From: Blasia pusilla
Taxonomy: Eukaryota
DNA length: 64,000 nt
NCBI GenBank assembly: GCA_050084515.1
Contig: CM114271.1
Location: forward strand, 17,298,001 to 17,362,000
Reading direction: 5' to 3'
Shown one piece after another: positions 12,501 through 25,731 of this stretch; positions within the stretch are counted from its first letter, which is position 1; each line of letters begins with the position of its first letter. The notes beneath the pieces are model-generated. The model did no database searches and had not been told where the DNA came from. It saw only the letters and a list, made by a program, of their open reading frames with translations. A program made the translations under genes and the position numbers.

Positions 12501-13976
12501 CTTTCTTGTCGAGCGCCTTGGTCTTCAAGAGCCAACTAAACCCATGGCATTCACACACATCTTGGTTAGTCCATCTTATGGGCATACAAGACTTGGTTGA
12601 ACATTCAACGCAGAGAGTCCATCCTTACATTGATTTTGTACTGTTTCATGATGTTAAAACTAAATGATGAACATTTGAAACTCATAATGGTCCTACATAT
12701 TAGTGATAAGTAGAGGAGTTGAAAGAGGAACGGGTTTCGATTCAAGGCAGAATTTATTTACTTACCTTTCAAAATGAGGAGGTGAAAATGGGGAAATTTA
12801 AAATGAAAGGGGACAGTGACGAAATTTAAAATCAGAAGTGGATTAAGGAAGAAGGAACCCATGGACTTGTTTCTCCAAAACGAAAGTAAAGGGTATGTTC
12901 GTAATCTCCGACTTTTATGGTTTAAGTCTTGAGTCATGATCCTCGAATTTCTTCTCAACCCAATTTCTTCTTATTTAAATTTGGCAGCTATCCTTCACAA
13001 AGTGCCAATGTTGCACATGCTTGTCGCAATGGCCGAATGTTCTTGCTCGTCTTCTATCTTCACACACCAGGATTCACCCTCAGCTTGACTCGAGCTTTCG
13101 TAGTTTGTGCAGAGGACCCAGGAAGCTTCCTGCATATTGATTTCAATAGTCAGGATATCAGAAGAAATTTCATCCAGTCACGAATGCCCGGGGCTCCCAG
13201 TGATTACAAGGATACATACTTTCACTCCCGTTTTAGTATCTTCAAGGATCAGAGCAACCTTGGTCAATGCCCTGAAGATTCTGATCGACATCACCACGAA
13301 GCTGAGGTAGATGCCTGGGAAGCTGCGGAAGTTCGCATGAAGACTGTGGAACTGGAGAAAGAACGCAAGGCCGAGATAGACGAAGTATGGAACAAACGGA
13401 GGACTCAGAGAGGACAGACAGCAGTAGCTCATCTTCAGGTAGAGATGCTGCAGCTACTTTTCCTATCTACTAATGCACTAAAATCTCATTTAGTTATAAT
13501 CGTTCAATCCTGTCAAGTACCGTGAAGTACTGGGGAGGAAATTAAGGCTTCTATGCTTGCGGTAGGTAATCCATTAGGAACTTAAAAAAAGTGTTTTCGC
13601 TCCTTCCAGCAAAACTCTGACCAGAAACATACAGTATCCTTCTTGTTGTTGGAAATTTATAGTTACAAGGGAGTTTCACGCACACATGCCTTTCATACAT
13701 ATTTTCATGAGTGAAGACATAGTCGAACTATTTGAAAGTTCATAACAAAAAGTATGAGTTGAATCTCTAATTGGGAAACGTAGATTTTGAATGCCCCTTT
13801 TCTATTGCAGAAAACAGCTATGCTGGAAGCAGAGCTTGCAGTGGAGTTAGAGGAGGAGAAAGAGAGAAAGCGCCTACTGGACCTCATTGAAGAGCTGAGT
13901 ACAACTGTACACCCTCCTACGTACAAGCCTGATGTAATGGGAAGTCTCCAGACGAAGTGGTTGCGTCCCAATGAAG
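6545..13976 (+). CDS. CEP295/Ana1 (DDC8-like domain) centriolar coiled-coil protein, N-terminal exons: 6545-6667 (tentative), 8110-8205, 8468-8563, 9769-9885, 10435-10518, 11175-11340, 13113-13438, 13811-13976
   Basis: GT-AG junctions give one open frame: YKLSPDEEQQAVSEYRRRSRQARILQVRAQE...LKEAWKEEQGRRIADLEGDFVHFYKGIGQSHDAA...DAWEAAE...QRGQTAV, which parallels the animal CEP295 N-terminus as I recall it (LSPNEE...RLLQVREQE...EWEESQ...MGEGHRQA...DARLAAEEE). Confidence 0.72.
11640..12341 (-). mobile_element. Solo LTR, intronic, copy A (702 bp)
   Basis: TGTTG...TAACA ends; 5-bp TSD CGTCC at 11635-11639 and 12342-12346; reverse complement of 14986-15760. Confidence 0.92.
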
Positions 13977-14985
13977 GTTGTTACATGAAAGTGAATGTTC
14001 TTCCTCTGCTTGTCTTGTGTGCACTCTGTCGTTCAATTCTGTCTCCGTTGTGTCTTTCAGCTGTTCGCAACATCCGAGGTATAAGTACAACTCTTAATGA
14101 GTGGCGTACTTTCATTCTTATGTGCTTTGCAAGCGCATCGACTCATTTTCACATGCTTTCCCTATCACTAGGGTCTGCCTGTGGATCGATACTTGCTTTC
14201 CAATTTACCTCGAATAATTAGGTCCTTAATCAATGTTTTGAGGTCCTTAGTTATTGAAAACATGCCTACAAGTCTCAAAATTCAGTGATGTAGAAACAAA
14301 CAAACAACTCCATGTAGAGTTGGTCGTGTCTCTGCTGCCCTAGGAATTGTGTAGAAAAGATATAGCATTACTTGTGAAGGATTTTATCCAGAAAACTTCT
14401 GTCACTTCAGATTTTTTCCACTGTAAGTTTTGGTACTCTTTGTTTGGCCTTCAGCAACTGCAAGGGTTAAATGCAAACTTGAGGGACAGGCTTGAAGCAG
14501 TGTCCCAGAATGCACAGAAGCCATGACATCCGCATCCTCTGAAGCAGCCAGTCTTAGGAGTGAGATTCACTTCTGGTGTGACGATTCGTCAGTCCCATAA
14601 GATCTACAAAAACTCAAATGGTCGTAGCTGTACAGGAATTTGAAAATGACCACGACCCAAAACACCACTAGAATTTGGAATAAGTACTTAGTTACTGGTA
14701 ACATTAGGTTCCTTCGATTGAAAACCAATTTGAACAAAGAGGAAATATCTCTTGCCACTAGAATTTACGAAGTTTTTTCAAAGGCTTCTAGTCAAGAGGA
14801 ACTCCAAAATGTGTTGATACTTAGAGGCATTTTTAGTCTCCGATTTCATTTCAGATTTATTATGATGTAGGATAGATTTTTAACCAGAAACGTAGAGTAA
14901 CAAACTTCTATACTCTAGATACATAACTCAGTGTAGCTGTTTAGATCATTTTAAAAAAATTCAGGCAGAACGTGCATACAGAAGG

Positions 14986-15760
14986 TGGTAGGATTTCACA
15001 TAAAATTGTCTGCTGTTTTCTTCCAGTTTTTTAACTATGGTTAGTTCTGCAAACTATGGTTGGAAGTTTATCATAGTTACAAGTCTCAGTTAGTTTACTA
15101 GTTACCTCTTTAACTACTCTTGTGAGTTTTGGTTATGTTAATTGTGCACATGGTGTGCTGGCCTACCCTTGTTGTGCTGGCCTGTTGTGCTGTCCTCCCC
15201 CTGTTGTGCTGTCCTGCTCATAATGTGCTGGCCTATTCCTGGTGTCCTGGCCTGCTCCTGTTGTGCTGGCCCTTCCACCTTGCCTTACCATGCAGTGGTC
15301 CCTTCTGCTGGTCTCTTGTAGGAAACTATTTAACTCCCCCTCTCTTCCCTTCTTCTTTGATTCACTTCTACTCCTGCCCTCTAAGGCTGTGGGTTTTGAG
15401 ATTAGCTCCTACATACCTGAACCTCTGCTGGTGCCTTGATCAACTAAGAAGGAATGTGCATTGGTGTGGAGAATGCTCCAAGTACCAATCTAGCACAAAC
15501 TCCTGCATCTTGGTTTCAACCACCTCTCTTCAGGACTTGTGTATTCTAATAAGGTGTTGCTTTTCAAGCACCCAGTTCTCAATAGAAGTTGTAGACCAGT
15601 TCTACATGCAATCCATTTCAGATTTGCTCTTTTCAGGTTTGTAAGTGATTACCCTCATGTACATGGTTCAGTGGAAGATCCTGTCAGGATCTACTATCTT
15701 TCTATCTTTTTAAAAGTTTTAAAAGTAGATCTGAGAGGAAGTAGAATTCTGATTTCAACA
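14986..15760 (+). mobile_element. Solo LTR, copy B (775 bp), inverted relative to copy A
   Basis: TG...CA ends; 5-bp TSD GAAGG at 14981-14985 and 15761-15765; near-identical to copy A apart from two indels. Confidence 0.92.
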
Positions 15761-16430
15761 GAAGGCAGACTTCAGATGAGAAGTAAACTGACTTAAGTAA
15801 CCGTCTGCAAGAAAAAGTTGGAGACTTCACTACAGTATTACCAACAAAAACGATAATGAGTTAGAGCATATTTTTACTCAAACTCTCCCTCTGCACAAAC
15901 TCTTCCATACAGGAACTGAAATGTTGCCACCTCAAGCATCACATCAACGTCAGAAGCACAACAGGTCGTCCAATGGATCCTCCTCCCTAGACGTTAAGAT
16001 ATCATCTACCCTGTCCACAGACGCATCGCCCCGGAAGTCATGTACAGTATCCACTAATGAAACTGTCCAAGTAGGCTATAAGTCTGTCGCAAGGGAACAC
16101 AGGCAATCCGGCATAATTTTGTCGATAGTATGCCCTAACTGGCGGATGGCATGCATTCACACTTGATGCAGACTTCTTGGGATCCTGGTTAAGGCCCACG
16201 ATCAAACCTCTTCACCAGGGTGCCAGGATTGAAGAACTGAGCAACCGTCATAGAGAACTTGGGACATGCTGCCAGATCATTTGTAGTTCGGCATCTAAAA
16301 AGATGACCGGGATCACGTCCACTCTTCTTGATTGATGTGGCTCTGGGCCTGGTAACTGTAAAGTTGGTACACTTCTACAAATGTCTCGGAGGTTGCTGAG
16401 ACCTGATGAGCTGGACTTCCCAAAACAAAA

Positions 16431-16606
16431 TGTTTGTATATTAAAGAATTGACCCTCACAGCGAATATCAATATTTTGGCTTTCTCAAGATAAAGACTCA
16501 GGTCTCAAATTTGTGTTTGTATATTAAAGAATTGACCCTCACAGCGAATATCTATGGGCCTTCACAGTATTTTGGCTTTCTCAAGACTCAGACTCAGGTC
16601 TCAAGT
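16431..16606. repeat. Imperfect tandem duplication (~83-93 bp unit)
   Basis: TGTTTGTATATTAAAGAATTGACCCTCACAGCGAATATC at 16431 and ~16514; TTTTGGCTTTCTCAAGA...GACTCAGGTCTCAA also repeated. Confidence 0.85.
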
Positions 16607-18650
16607 TGATGTTAACACATGGAAGCATGCTTGAAGTAGGTTATCCCTGAGCAAGCAGCCTTACTGTATCAACTTCGCGATCAGTATGTTTTGGTGTATA
16701 TTCGCGGTCAACATTATGACAAGGTGCTTGGATCTTTAAGTCCTGACAACCTGGTGGAGAGATGTAATTGTAAGCCTTTACCACGAGGTAAAAGTAGCCT
16801 GGACTGTATGTAGAGGTGAAAGTATGCCAAGAAGTCCATGACATTGATCATGGATTGAAATTGAGTCTTGATAGCCCACCAGAAAACTGCTCAAACATCT
16901 GGCATTCAACAGCCAAAATTAGGTGAAACTTAATTTTTGCTTGAGTTACTGATATCAGATAGTTTAGTCCATCGCTGCTACTTTCCTGAACTTTGATTTC
17001 ATCCAAGGTTTCTCCTGAGAAGATCTTGGCTAGTGACACGACACCCCTTCGCTTAGAAGGACGAATTGGAGCATCACTTGGAAGGCGAGTCAGATATTTT
17101 TCCAGAGTTAGATAGGCCCAGTAATTTTGAGATAAGAGTTATAGGCCAAAAAAAGAGTTCAATTCATGAAATACTAAACGATAGAGGAAATGAAGGAAAG
17201 AAGTCTCTTGGTTCCAAGTGTCAGACTGTACTCACTAAGGAGTGCCTGTAGTGTAGCCTTGCGACCATAGACCCAGTGCCCTGCTGCTTGGTTGGACGGT
17301 GCTAGAGAGTTGTATGGGTGCAGAGAGAGGAAAATGTGAATGGGGTACCATATACGAGGGAGGTTCCAAGTGTCAAACAGACAAAGAGTAGAATGATGGC
17401 AGAGAAAGTGGGTTCCTACTGTTCTGCTTTACGAAACCAGTTTCCCTCAAGAGCCTGTACCCAGCATTCTACTGTCCCTGTGGTCATCCTTGAATGTGGA
17501 TATTCATCAAAACATGAAATAGAAGTCCCTTCCGGATAAGGACTAATGTGTGTGCAGTTCTATTACCCTCTTTGTCATGCGATTCCCTCAATGTTTTATG
17601 AAGATCCAGAGCTGGATTTCCTCCAGTCTCCACCACTCCTGGACCGGTCTTCATGCATATTGAGTGGCTCATTGAAAGTAAAAAGTCATTTAGGGCTTTC
17701 TCCAAGGGCTGTTATGGAACCTCCGCATTGGTATGTATCCCATTCAAAATTTGACACCGGCGTAGTAGTTGGACAACAATGAGAAAAAATACAGTTCATT
17801 ATACCCCAGTTCTACCTATGTTCCAAGGTAGCACAACAGAATATCCGAATGATATTCGCTAAGCTAATCAATTCATAAGTTAAGTCTTCCTTAGAACCCA
17901 AGAGCGAAATACTGGCACCAAGCCCTTTGTTGTTGACAGCTAGCTTTCTGTCGTTATTGTGAGGAGCATATGACTGCTTCTAGTGAGCTTCTCTGTCTAT
18001 AATGGTAAGAACCTTGACTGTTGGACTATCCACAAAACTTACTGCCCTGCGTATATTTAATGTGGAGCTCCTTCAATTACACTGTGTCGTTTCACTTAGT
18101 ATTTGTAAAAAGGAATCGCGGACGTTTGCCTTATGTAGAGGTCTGTACTTCGCGAATTCTTCGGAGTTTTTGAAACATTGACACAATGACTTGTCCTCAA
18201 CCAGTCTCTGGGATAGCATAAACGGCTGAGGTTCTTGTTCACCATAAAGCAGACAACTGAAAGAAACTTGGGCTTCTTGCAATGCCCCTGCAGGTGTGGT
18301 CCTGGACATCAACCATACGCCCTCCAATCGTAGCCTACCACCAAGACCAAAACCTGAATGGCAGACCAAGGGGGAAAGGGCAAAGTGGAACAAATGTCAT
18401 ACAGTGTAGACTTTCCAGAATCTTCCCTCCATTTTGGGAAGGTTGACAAACTCCCCTGGTATGCCACTTACCATCTTGCGTGTGCTTGAGTCGGTGCCTG
18501 AAAGGATCTGGACTTATCTGTCCGATCTGTGGCTTGAACCTGGAAAAGCAAAGACTAGCGTTATGTCCATCATTGGCGTTTGTCTTAGACGCATTTCTTG
18601 TTATATTTCTCAAACCCTGGCCGGGGTGGGATATATACTGGATTAGATAA
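16600..18650 (-). mobile_element. Highly degenerate non-LTR (LINE-like) ORF2 relic
   Basis: Minus-strand fragments in LINE ORF2 order: KTGPGVVE (KxPGxDG-like, ~17650), PITLISK (RPISLL-like, ~17135), LAKIF (~17025), VVKAYNYI (DxxKAYD-like, ~16775); boundaries uncertain. Confidence 0.5.
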
Positions 18651-18701
18651 TCCCTACGCTAATTTAGATGATCTCTAACGCTGATTTATGATCGTTGCCA
18701 G

Positions 18702-21700
18702 CAGAATTCGAGGGAGCAAATGCTGCTGCAGTAGAAATTTGTGGTGATGATGCCATGGTTGGAGCAAACCCCGATACAATATCTACCGGAGAAGCTGGTG
18801 TCTTGGATGTAGGATCAACACCACCAGCTCAGTTAGGAGACGTGAGTGAACAGGCGCAAATTGTTGAACAACCAGAAATGTCAGTTGGCGATGCTGAAGC
18901 TCATAGAGAGAGTGCTCAACAGAATGAAAGTAAAGATGAAAGTAACGATGAAAGCAACCTTATCGTTAGTGGCATGCATGATGATCAAGTTGTGTCAACT
19001 AAAGTTGCTACATCGAGGAAGCGTAGTACTATGGAAGATATGAAGTCGAGCTCTCATGCTTCACGCGTGAACATAACTGGGCTTTCTCTTAATCGACTAC
19101 ACGGTAGACTTAAGGACGAGGTTACCGGGTACTCTATCAATCCGATAAAACCCCCTGGCTGTACCCCAAGAGGTCAAAATGCATGTGGAAGTACCAAAAC
19201 GCTGAAGGACGGTAGATCGGGTTCACAAGTCCCATCCCTGCCCAACTTTAGTAGAAATAAGAGTATTAGGAAAGGAAACAAAAGTCCTCAGAAGGTTGAA
19301 AGCGTTTGTAAGCAAACATCCAAATGGCCTGATAGCCAGGAAACAGGTGAACAGAGTAACGAGTTGAGGAAAGTGCCAAAAGTTTTGGGGAAAGATCAAG
19401 CCAAGGAATCAGCAGAGAACTTGGAGACATCACTCGACAAACGGTCAGGTTTGCCAGCTTGCTTTCCACAATATGAAAGCTGTACACCAGAAGCAAGGAG
19501 GAAGTCTCCAAGAAGACCGAATGGCACTTGGCTTTCCAACATATTCGACAAGCTGACCTGGTGGAAAAGCGATGCCACTAAGAAAGACCTTCCCAGCTCG
19601 TTGGTTGCAATTATCGGAGAGCAAGCCGAAGGTGTAGGGTCTAGTTCAGGTGGAAAAAGCTGCAGAGTCGCTGCCACAGATGTTGGGAAAGAGACAATAT
19701 CCAGATTAGATCCGTTGAATCAAACCGATGGTTCCAAGTGTGAAGTGCAGCAGCTCATCAGGAAGAAAACACCGATCACATTGGGGAGCGTTGGAGAGTT
19801 CGAGACTTTGAAAGAACCTCAGCAGCGGAATGATGAACAGACGGAGCGGTTAGAAGTTTACACGACGGAAATCTTCGGAATGGAGGAGTTGGAAGCCTTA
19901 CGGTTGGAACTTTATGGTCCGCGGACAGGTACCCCAAGCCACAAAAAGGTTAGACCTGACAAAGAGAAATCCATGCCAGTCTCCAGTAAACAACGCGACA
20001 ATTCTGTGGTGTGTGTGGAGCAGTGTAATGACCCAGTACCCAAGTGTAATGACTCAGTACCCAAAGCACACTCAATTGATGGACGCAGAAATCCATCAGC
20101 CATTGCCCAAAGCAAAGAAAAAGAATTACCACAATCCGGTGCTCAGAGAGCCAGGAAAGACTCTACAACTCAATACACTTGTGGAATGTTTGAGACCGAG
20201 TGTTTTCCAGACACGAAATCTGCGAAAGGAACAGCCGAAATAACTGGAGTGAAAGGCGACGTGTGCAGCAGGGGGGCTGACAGCGAGCCTGTGGAAGTAC
20301 AGAAGAATAACGATGTTCTCGTAGAATCCAGTGGCCGTGGCCAACTTCTAGAGTTCCCAGGCAAACCACCACCAAATTCCCAAAAGCATTGTGTGTCATC
20401 CACTTTTAATTCAGTTGCGACAGTAGGGAATGAGAGCGGGGCACCAACTGAACCAATGTCAGCTCGTGAGGTGGCTGAGAAGCTTATTCGTGCTTGGAGG
20501 GCAGGGCAGCTTGGTGGAAATGTCGACACCACACTCGAGCGAGCTCGACAAAAGCTTACACCGATGTCAAGAAAGAGGAGAGCAAGAACTGATGAAGAGC
20601 CACACTTCAGTGCCAGTCTGACAGGGACGACACTCAAACTAGAACACCTCCGAGGGAAGATTAATAACAGACCATCACAGACTAACACAACAAAACTCAG
20701 AAAGTCGCGAGCGTTTGCTTCATCCCAGAGTGCTGTTTTGCAAGAGAAAAAGCAACCCAACACCAAGAGTTTATCTGAAGGCAAGGAAATTGCTAAGAAC
20801 TCAAAGACACCCTCAGAAAAGCTTCAGATTCCTAGCAAACTAACCACGCAGCATTCTCAATCCACTCGGGAAACTAAAGCATCAGAAAATAGTTGTGTTC
20901 CAGATATGAACCTGAAAGTAGAGGACATTGTTCCAGAAGCAAGATCCTTAGACTTTATCCTTGGCTCCCTCTCTGCACAAGTCAGAGAGCTGGATGAAAG
21001 GCTCCGAAATGTTACTTTTTCTTGCTCGAGAGAAACCACGGACTCTCTCGTTACTGATGCCTCTAACCTATGCGAGGAGCACAAGAGCTCTTCAGATCCT
21101 ACAGAAGCCATGTCAAACACAAAATTGGCAAGTACGTTAGGTGTTATTGGGAATAAAACACGACCAGAGTTGCAATCTTCGGGTAGCAGAGAACCCGAAA
21201 GATTGAAAACTACTCCAAGCCTTACTCCAATCGCAGAAGAGAGCGTACATAAAGGGAACGCTCATAAAGCAGTGCCATTGAATTCACCAAAAACTAGCAA
21301 ATACAAATCTAGCAGGGTAGATGGAAAATGTCCTTCTCCGCAAAAATGTCAGGAAAGAACTTTTCTCAGTGCATCCAGATCAACAGCTATTCGGGACGGC
21401 CGATCACCAACTTCTTCTTTGGGGGTTTGTTTGGAGGATATGGCTGACCTTGTGAAAGAAATGAATGGGTTACCTGCTTGTGAGAAGATACGAGCTCAAC
21501 TGGCACAGGATTCCTTGCTGGTGAGTCTTCCTAAATGGACTGAAACCGATGCCATTCAGGCCAGCAAGCAGGATGGTAATTTCTCCGAGACCGCACTCTC
21601 TACTGCCACAAAAACTACCAAAAAGTGCTTGCTGTCTCCCGTGATGATCCAATACGGCCGAGACGAGGCAGTTGATCCCTCCAGATCATATGCTGAGATG

Positions 21701-24134
21701 TGCTCTCAGAACGCTGGACCTACCATTTTGCGCAAATCGGCAACTTTGGACACAGAGAGGCTAGTTCACGATGGCAAGAATCCTGGTATACTTCATTCCT
21801 TACTTGTGATCCTCTTTTTTGAGTCGGTAGTTCATTTCGTTGTATTCTAAAGCGTGTCGGCATGAACCAATCTAACCAATCTACACAAGTCTTAATCCAT
21901 CATGAGAACAAGATGGGGATTTCACACAACATTTCAAATTGGAAATGGTTGTATTATATAGATACGTTTGTAAATCTATCCCTGTGTCAAAGGACACGGT
22001 AATGACGGTAGTTGCAGTAAAGGCCGAGATACAACATAAGGTGTGCACATCCGTCGGATGCCAAGTCAACATATGTCGGCAGAAAACTAATGCGGACGAG
22101 GCTCTGCTGTGATCCCCGTTTTAGACTCCATTTCATGTTATTATGTGGACGTGACAAAAGAGAGAGAACTTGTTGAAAAAATTCAATGGCATTACTGAAT
22201 GAGTAGAGGCGGTGACATATTATACATAGAATGGGGTGCCCTAGAACAGGACACAGCCGAAACTTGCAGAGTGGATTTTTTTCGTCTTAGATAGGGTATC
22301 TGGAGATAAATAATGAATCCCTCTCTTCGCTAATTGTGCAGGGATTGTAAACTCTTCGACAGATCTGCGTTCGAGGAGCTCTTTGTGGCAGCCTGAGCGA
22401 GCTTCGCTCTCCTCCATAAATCTAGCTGAAGCAATGAGCCTGGAAGCGAATGAGGACCAGACGCTGCTGTCTACCTCTATGGATTTCTCTCCTTGGAAAA
22501 CAGAAAACCTTCCAGATTTTTTCTCTTCTCTTGCAAGCTTGGGTAGGGGCTTGAATTCCACGAAGGAGCGTGAACCTTCTCCTGGGAATAGCGATGGTGA
22601 CTGCTCCCCAGGAATCAGACCACTCTATTGCCATATGAAGGAGGGCTCTAAATATGTCCTGAAAGGGAGCAAGCTCAAGAGAAAGTCCAAAGCGTTTGAA
22701 AAGAAGAGAGTCGGTCGAGTAAAAGGTAAGCAAAAGAAGTCTTCGCAGAAGCTCTTCAGTTCAATAGCATTACCTCCAAAGCTTCCTGTTGCAGACTCAC
22801 CCAAACTTAGCACGCTTCGAGCTCGGAACCTGTCCCCTCTGAAGTTCCGTAGTAAAGAGTTCATGTTGGCGAAGACTCCACCAACCAATTCCAATTTGAG
22901 CACTCGAAGCTTGCCAGCAGAACTCCCTCTGTCCGTTTCTATAAAAGAAGTACAAAAGTGGTTGTGTAGAGACACGGCTGGATGCCCTACTTCGGCTCCT
23001 CATGACTCTCTTTCCGGAAGAAGCACATTACCTGTAGCTCCTTGGACTCAACTTCCGGGCCCTAGGAGGCCTGAAGGCATGAAGACGGCCAGTAAGTGGG
23101 ATTCAAGTACAAGTCAGCAAGGGAAATCTCGATCATCACAGTTATCGATGAGAAGGGCAGACGGAGCCGAAAGGCAGCCGATGGATCAAGGAAAACGCCC
23201 TTTGGTGTGTACTCAAACCAACTCTTGTCTTCATTCTTGCAGCATAAAGTGTCCAGTAACGCATAAGCTACACTGAATTAGATGTCCACAAGTGCAGCTC
23301 AAAGTTACCGAGGAGCTGTCGGTTGGTGGAGGCGCGACATTCGCATCAAACACCGCAGTCCCGGGTCTCAATCTATCTGTTGGATGTAATTGATGTTCAA
23401 CAGCTGGAAGATAATCATATTCGTCAACTCCTACATCACCCAAGAGCTCTGTCTTAAGAAATGGCTTTGTTCACTGGTCTCTGAGGAAAAAACAAACCTG
23501 TTCTTGATCGAAATTAATCGGATCTCTCACCCTTGCTCTGAGATTGCCATCAATTGGGGTCTGTGGTCACAAGGCTACAAGAGTCACTAGTGAATGAGTG
23601 CAGTTTGAGGTTAACATCAAGCGGTCGATTTTGATAAGATCTTCGAGTAGAAAGGCTTGTACAGGTTGCCGTCATCTCAAGTGATCTTGGCTCTTCTCAT
23701 AGTGGACTTGGCTCTTTCCATTGGAGGTTAAAACACACCGGCCTGAGGGATTCGTAATTTTGCTGCAGAAGCAGTAGAATTTTGAGAGCTCTGTACATGC
23801 ACCAACAACAGAGGGCTCGTAAACAGTGTGGCAACTGGCTTAGCTAGCTCGCAGGCGGAAGTCTGGCAGTGACGTGAACGTAGTATTTAGAGAGTGTACT
23901 TGAACACCGTCTTGGGGTCTTTTATCTCGAGATTCTGTTTGATGCAAGGCAGATTCTTATGATGTTTTCTGAGCCCATATGTCTCAACAATTCCAAAGAA
24001 GGAAAGCACAAAGCCTACTTTTAGTTTTAGTTTTAGTTTTAGTTTTACCGTTACCAAATGTGTTTCCTTCGTATTGCAGGAATTAAAGCAAAGGCCGGCT
24101 TCTGCAGGGACTATCCCAAGGGATTTGGTGTAGT
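18702..24134 (+). CDS. Large low-complexity/disordered exons 18702-21785 and 22342-23204 plus uncertain terminal exons (e.g. ~24080-24134); probably the continuation of the CEP295-like gene
   Basis: 1051-aa Ser/Lys/Glu-rich ORF with CTAAC branch point and CCAG acceptor at 18701; phase-1 junction 21785/22342 keeps frame; phase compatible with donor after 13976; 3' exons not resolved. Confidence 0.65.
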
Positions 24135-25731
24135 GATGTGGCTTTCTCTGCTGATCGACTATCTGCCTGCCAACAATCTGCCGTGAATAGGTAAAATGTA
24201 GCTAGTGGGTTCTTGAGTGGGTACTATCACCTCGAGATCTACTTCGTGGAAGTGCAAGTAGAGATGCATCCGGCCTTGGAAAACACTCATAGTCTCATCC
24301 GAGAGCGGTTAGATGTTCGTGGCGTGACTTTCATGGTTTTGTTCTAAAAATCGATCATCCGTAAGCATAGGGTTTTCCCAGGTCGTATTTCGTCCTTAAA
24401 TTTATGTCTTCGCGGCACCGCCCAAAACTATCTTTCCACTACAATGTGATCTGAACAGATATTGAATCTTAAGTTTAGAATGCACCGTAGATGCTCAACA
24501 GTAAACATACCTCATTTTTTCATGAGTTTTATCACTCTAGGTTCATTCTTCAGTTCATCACTTAGTATTTAAGAAGAATCATTACGCATATACAGTGAAT
24601 ACACAACAAATTCTTGCGGCTCCAAAAATAAGGAGCTACCCATCACAAGAGGATGGGAAACTGCATGCATAAAAATAAGCTCCGAAATTCGAGATGAGAG
24701 AAAAAGGAATCCCTTCCAAACTACTATGGCCACCAAAGAAAAGAGAAAAGAGAAGAATCAATATGGAGAATGCAACCACCGTTGCATTCCCACTGTGCAC
24801 CTGCATCTAATTGTGTATGAATGGAAGTTTGTCACGGGGGTAAGGAGATTTCCTCCTAATGTCTATGCTCTTTACACCTAGATTACCGGCATCAGGGACA
24901 AAGTGCATCTAAAATTTACATACATCTCTAAGATTACCTTGCATAGCCAGCCATAGCCAGCCTAAACCCCAAAGTCCTGCACTGCAGTTTATAACACAAT
25001 TCATTTGACGCCACCCGACTCTGTAGGCCCTATTCTTGTTTAACTAGGCCACAACCATCCAACTCTTTCGACTATCGAATTACACCTGCAGACAAACAAC
25101 AAACACAGCTAGCTTGCATGGCCAGCAGACAAGGTCCACGATCTGAATACCTCAAGTACTTTTAACAGCCATAAGCCATTCATTTTCTATCCTGCGGCAG
25201 ACAATAGTTGCACAAGATATCTCTTTGTATCTCCTCCACATTGATGCCATGGAGAAAGAAAGCACGCTCCTTGGTCAAACAAATAGACTGAGATCTGAAA
25301 ATCACTTTCATATACTACTTATCCAAGAGTTTACTTTGTAGAAATTTTTCCAGTCCTTGAGAAGGGTACGTGGTAACTAATCAATCACATCTCGCAGCCA
25401 GCCAGTAGTGATACTTGAAAAGAAGACAAGTCTTTATAGCCTTAAAAGGTTTAGCCTCACTTGCATGCCGTTAACCTTGTCATTTGCTCATTCAAGAACT
25501 TCCACGGAGCGCACCTGCATGATCATCTTGATTCCCTGCACCATGCATACTGGATCCCAGGACTTTAGGGATACCCTTTCTCCTGTTTCAGAGTTTGCAG
25601 TTTGGGACAGTCCCAAGGAAGTGACCGCTGGCAAAGGTGAACTTAACCACCTTCCAAGGCAGACACTGACCAACATTTGTTCGAAGACCCATATACCATA
25701 CCTCATGCCAGCCATCCTATGCCTCTACTTC

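Noticed and set aside
15129-15796. Cys/Leu-rich ORFs duplicated at 11664-12198
   Set aside because: Chance ORFs within the solo LTRs
19266-23003. Antisense ORFs over the large exons
   Set aside because: Shadow frames of the + strand CDS
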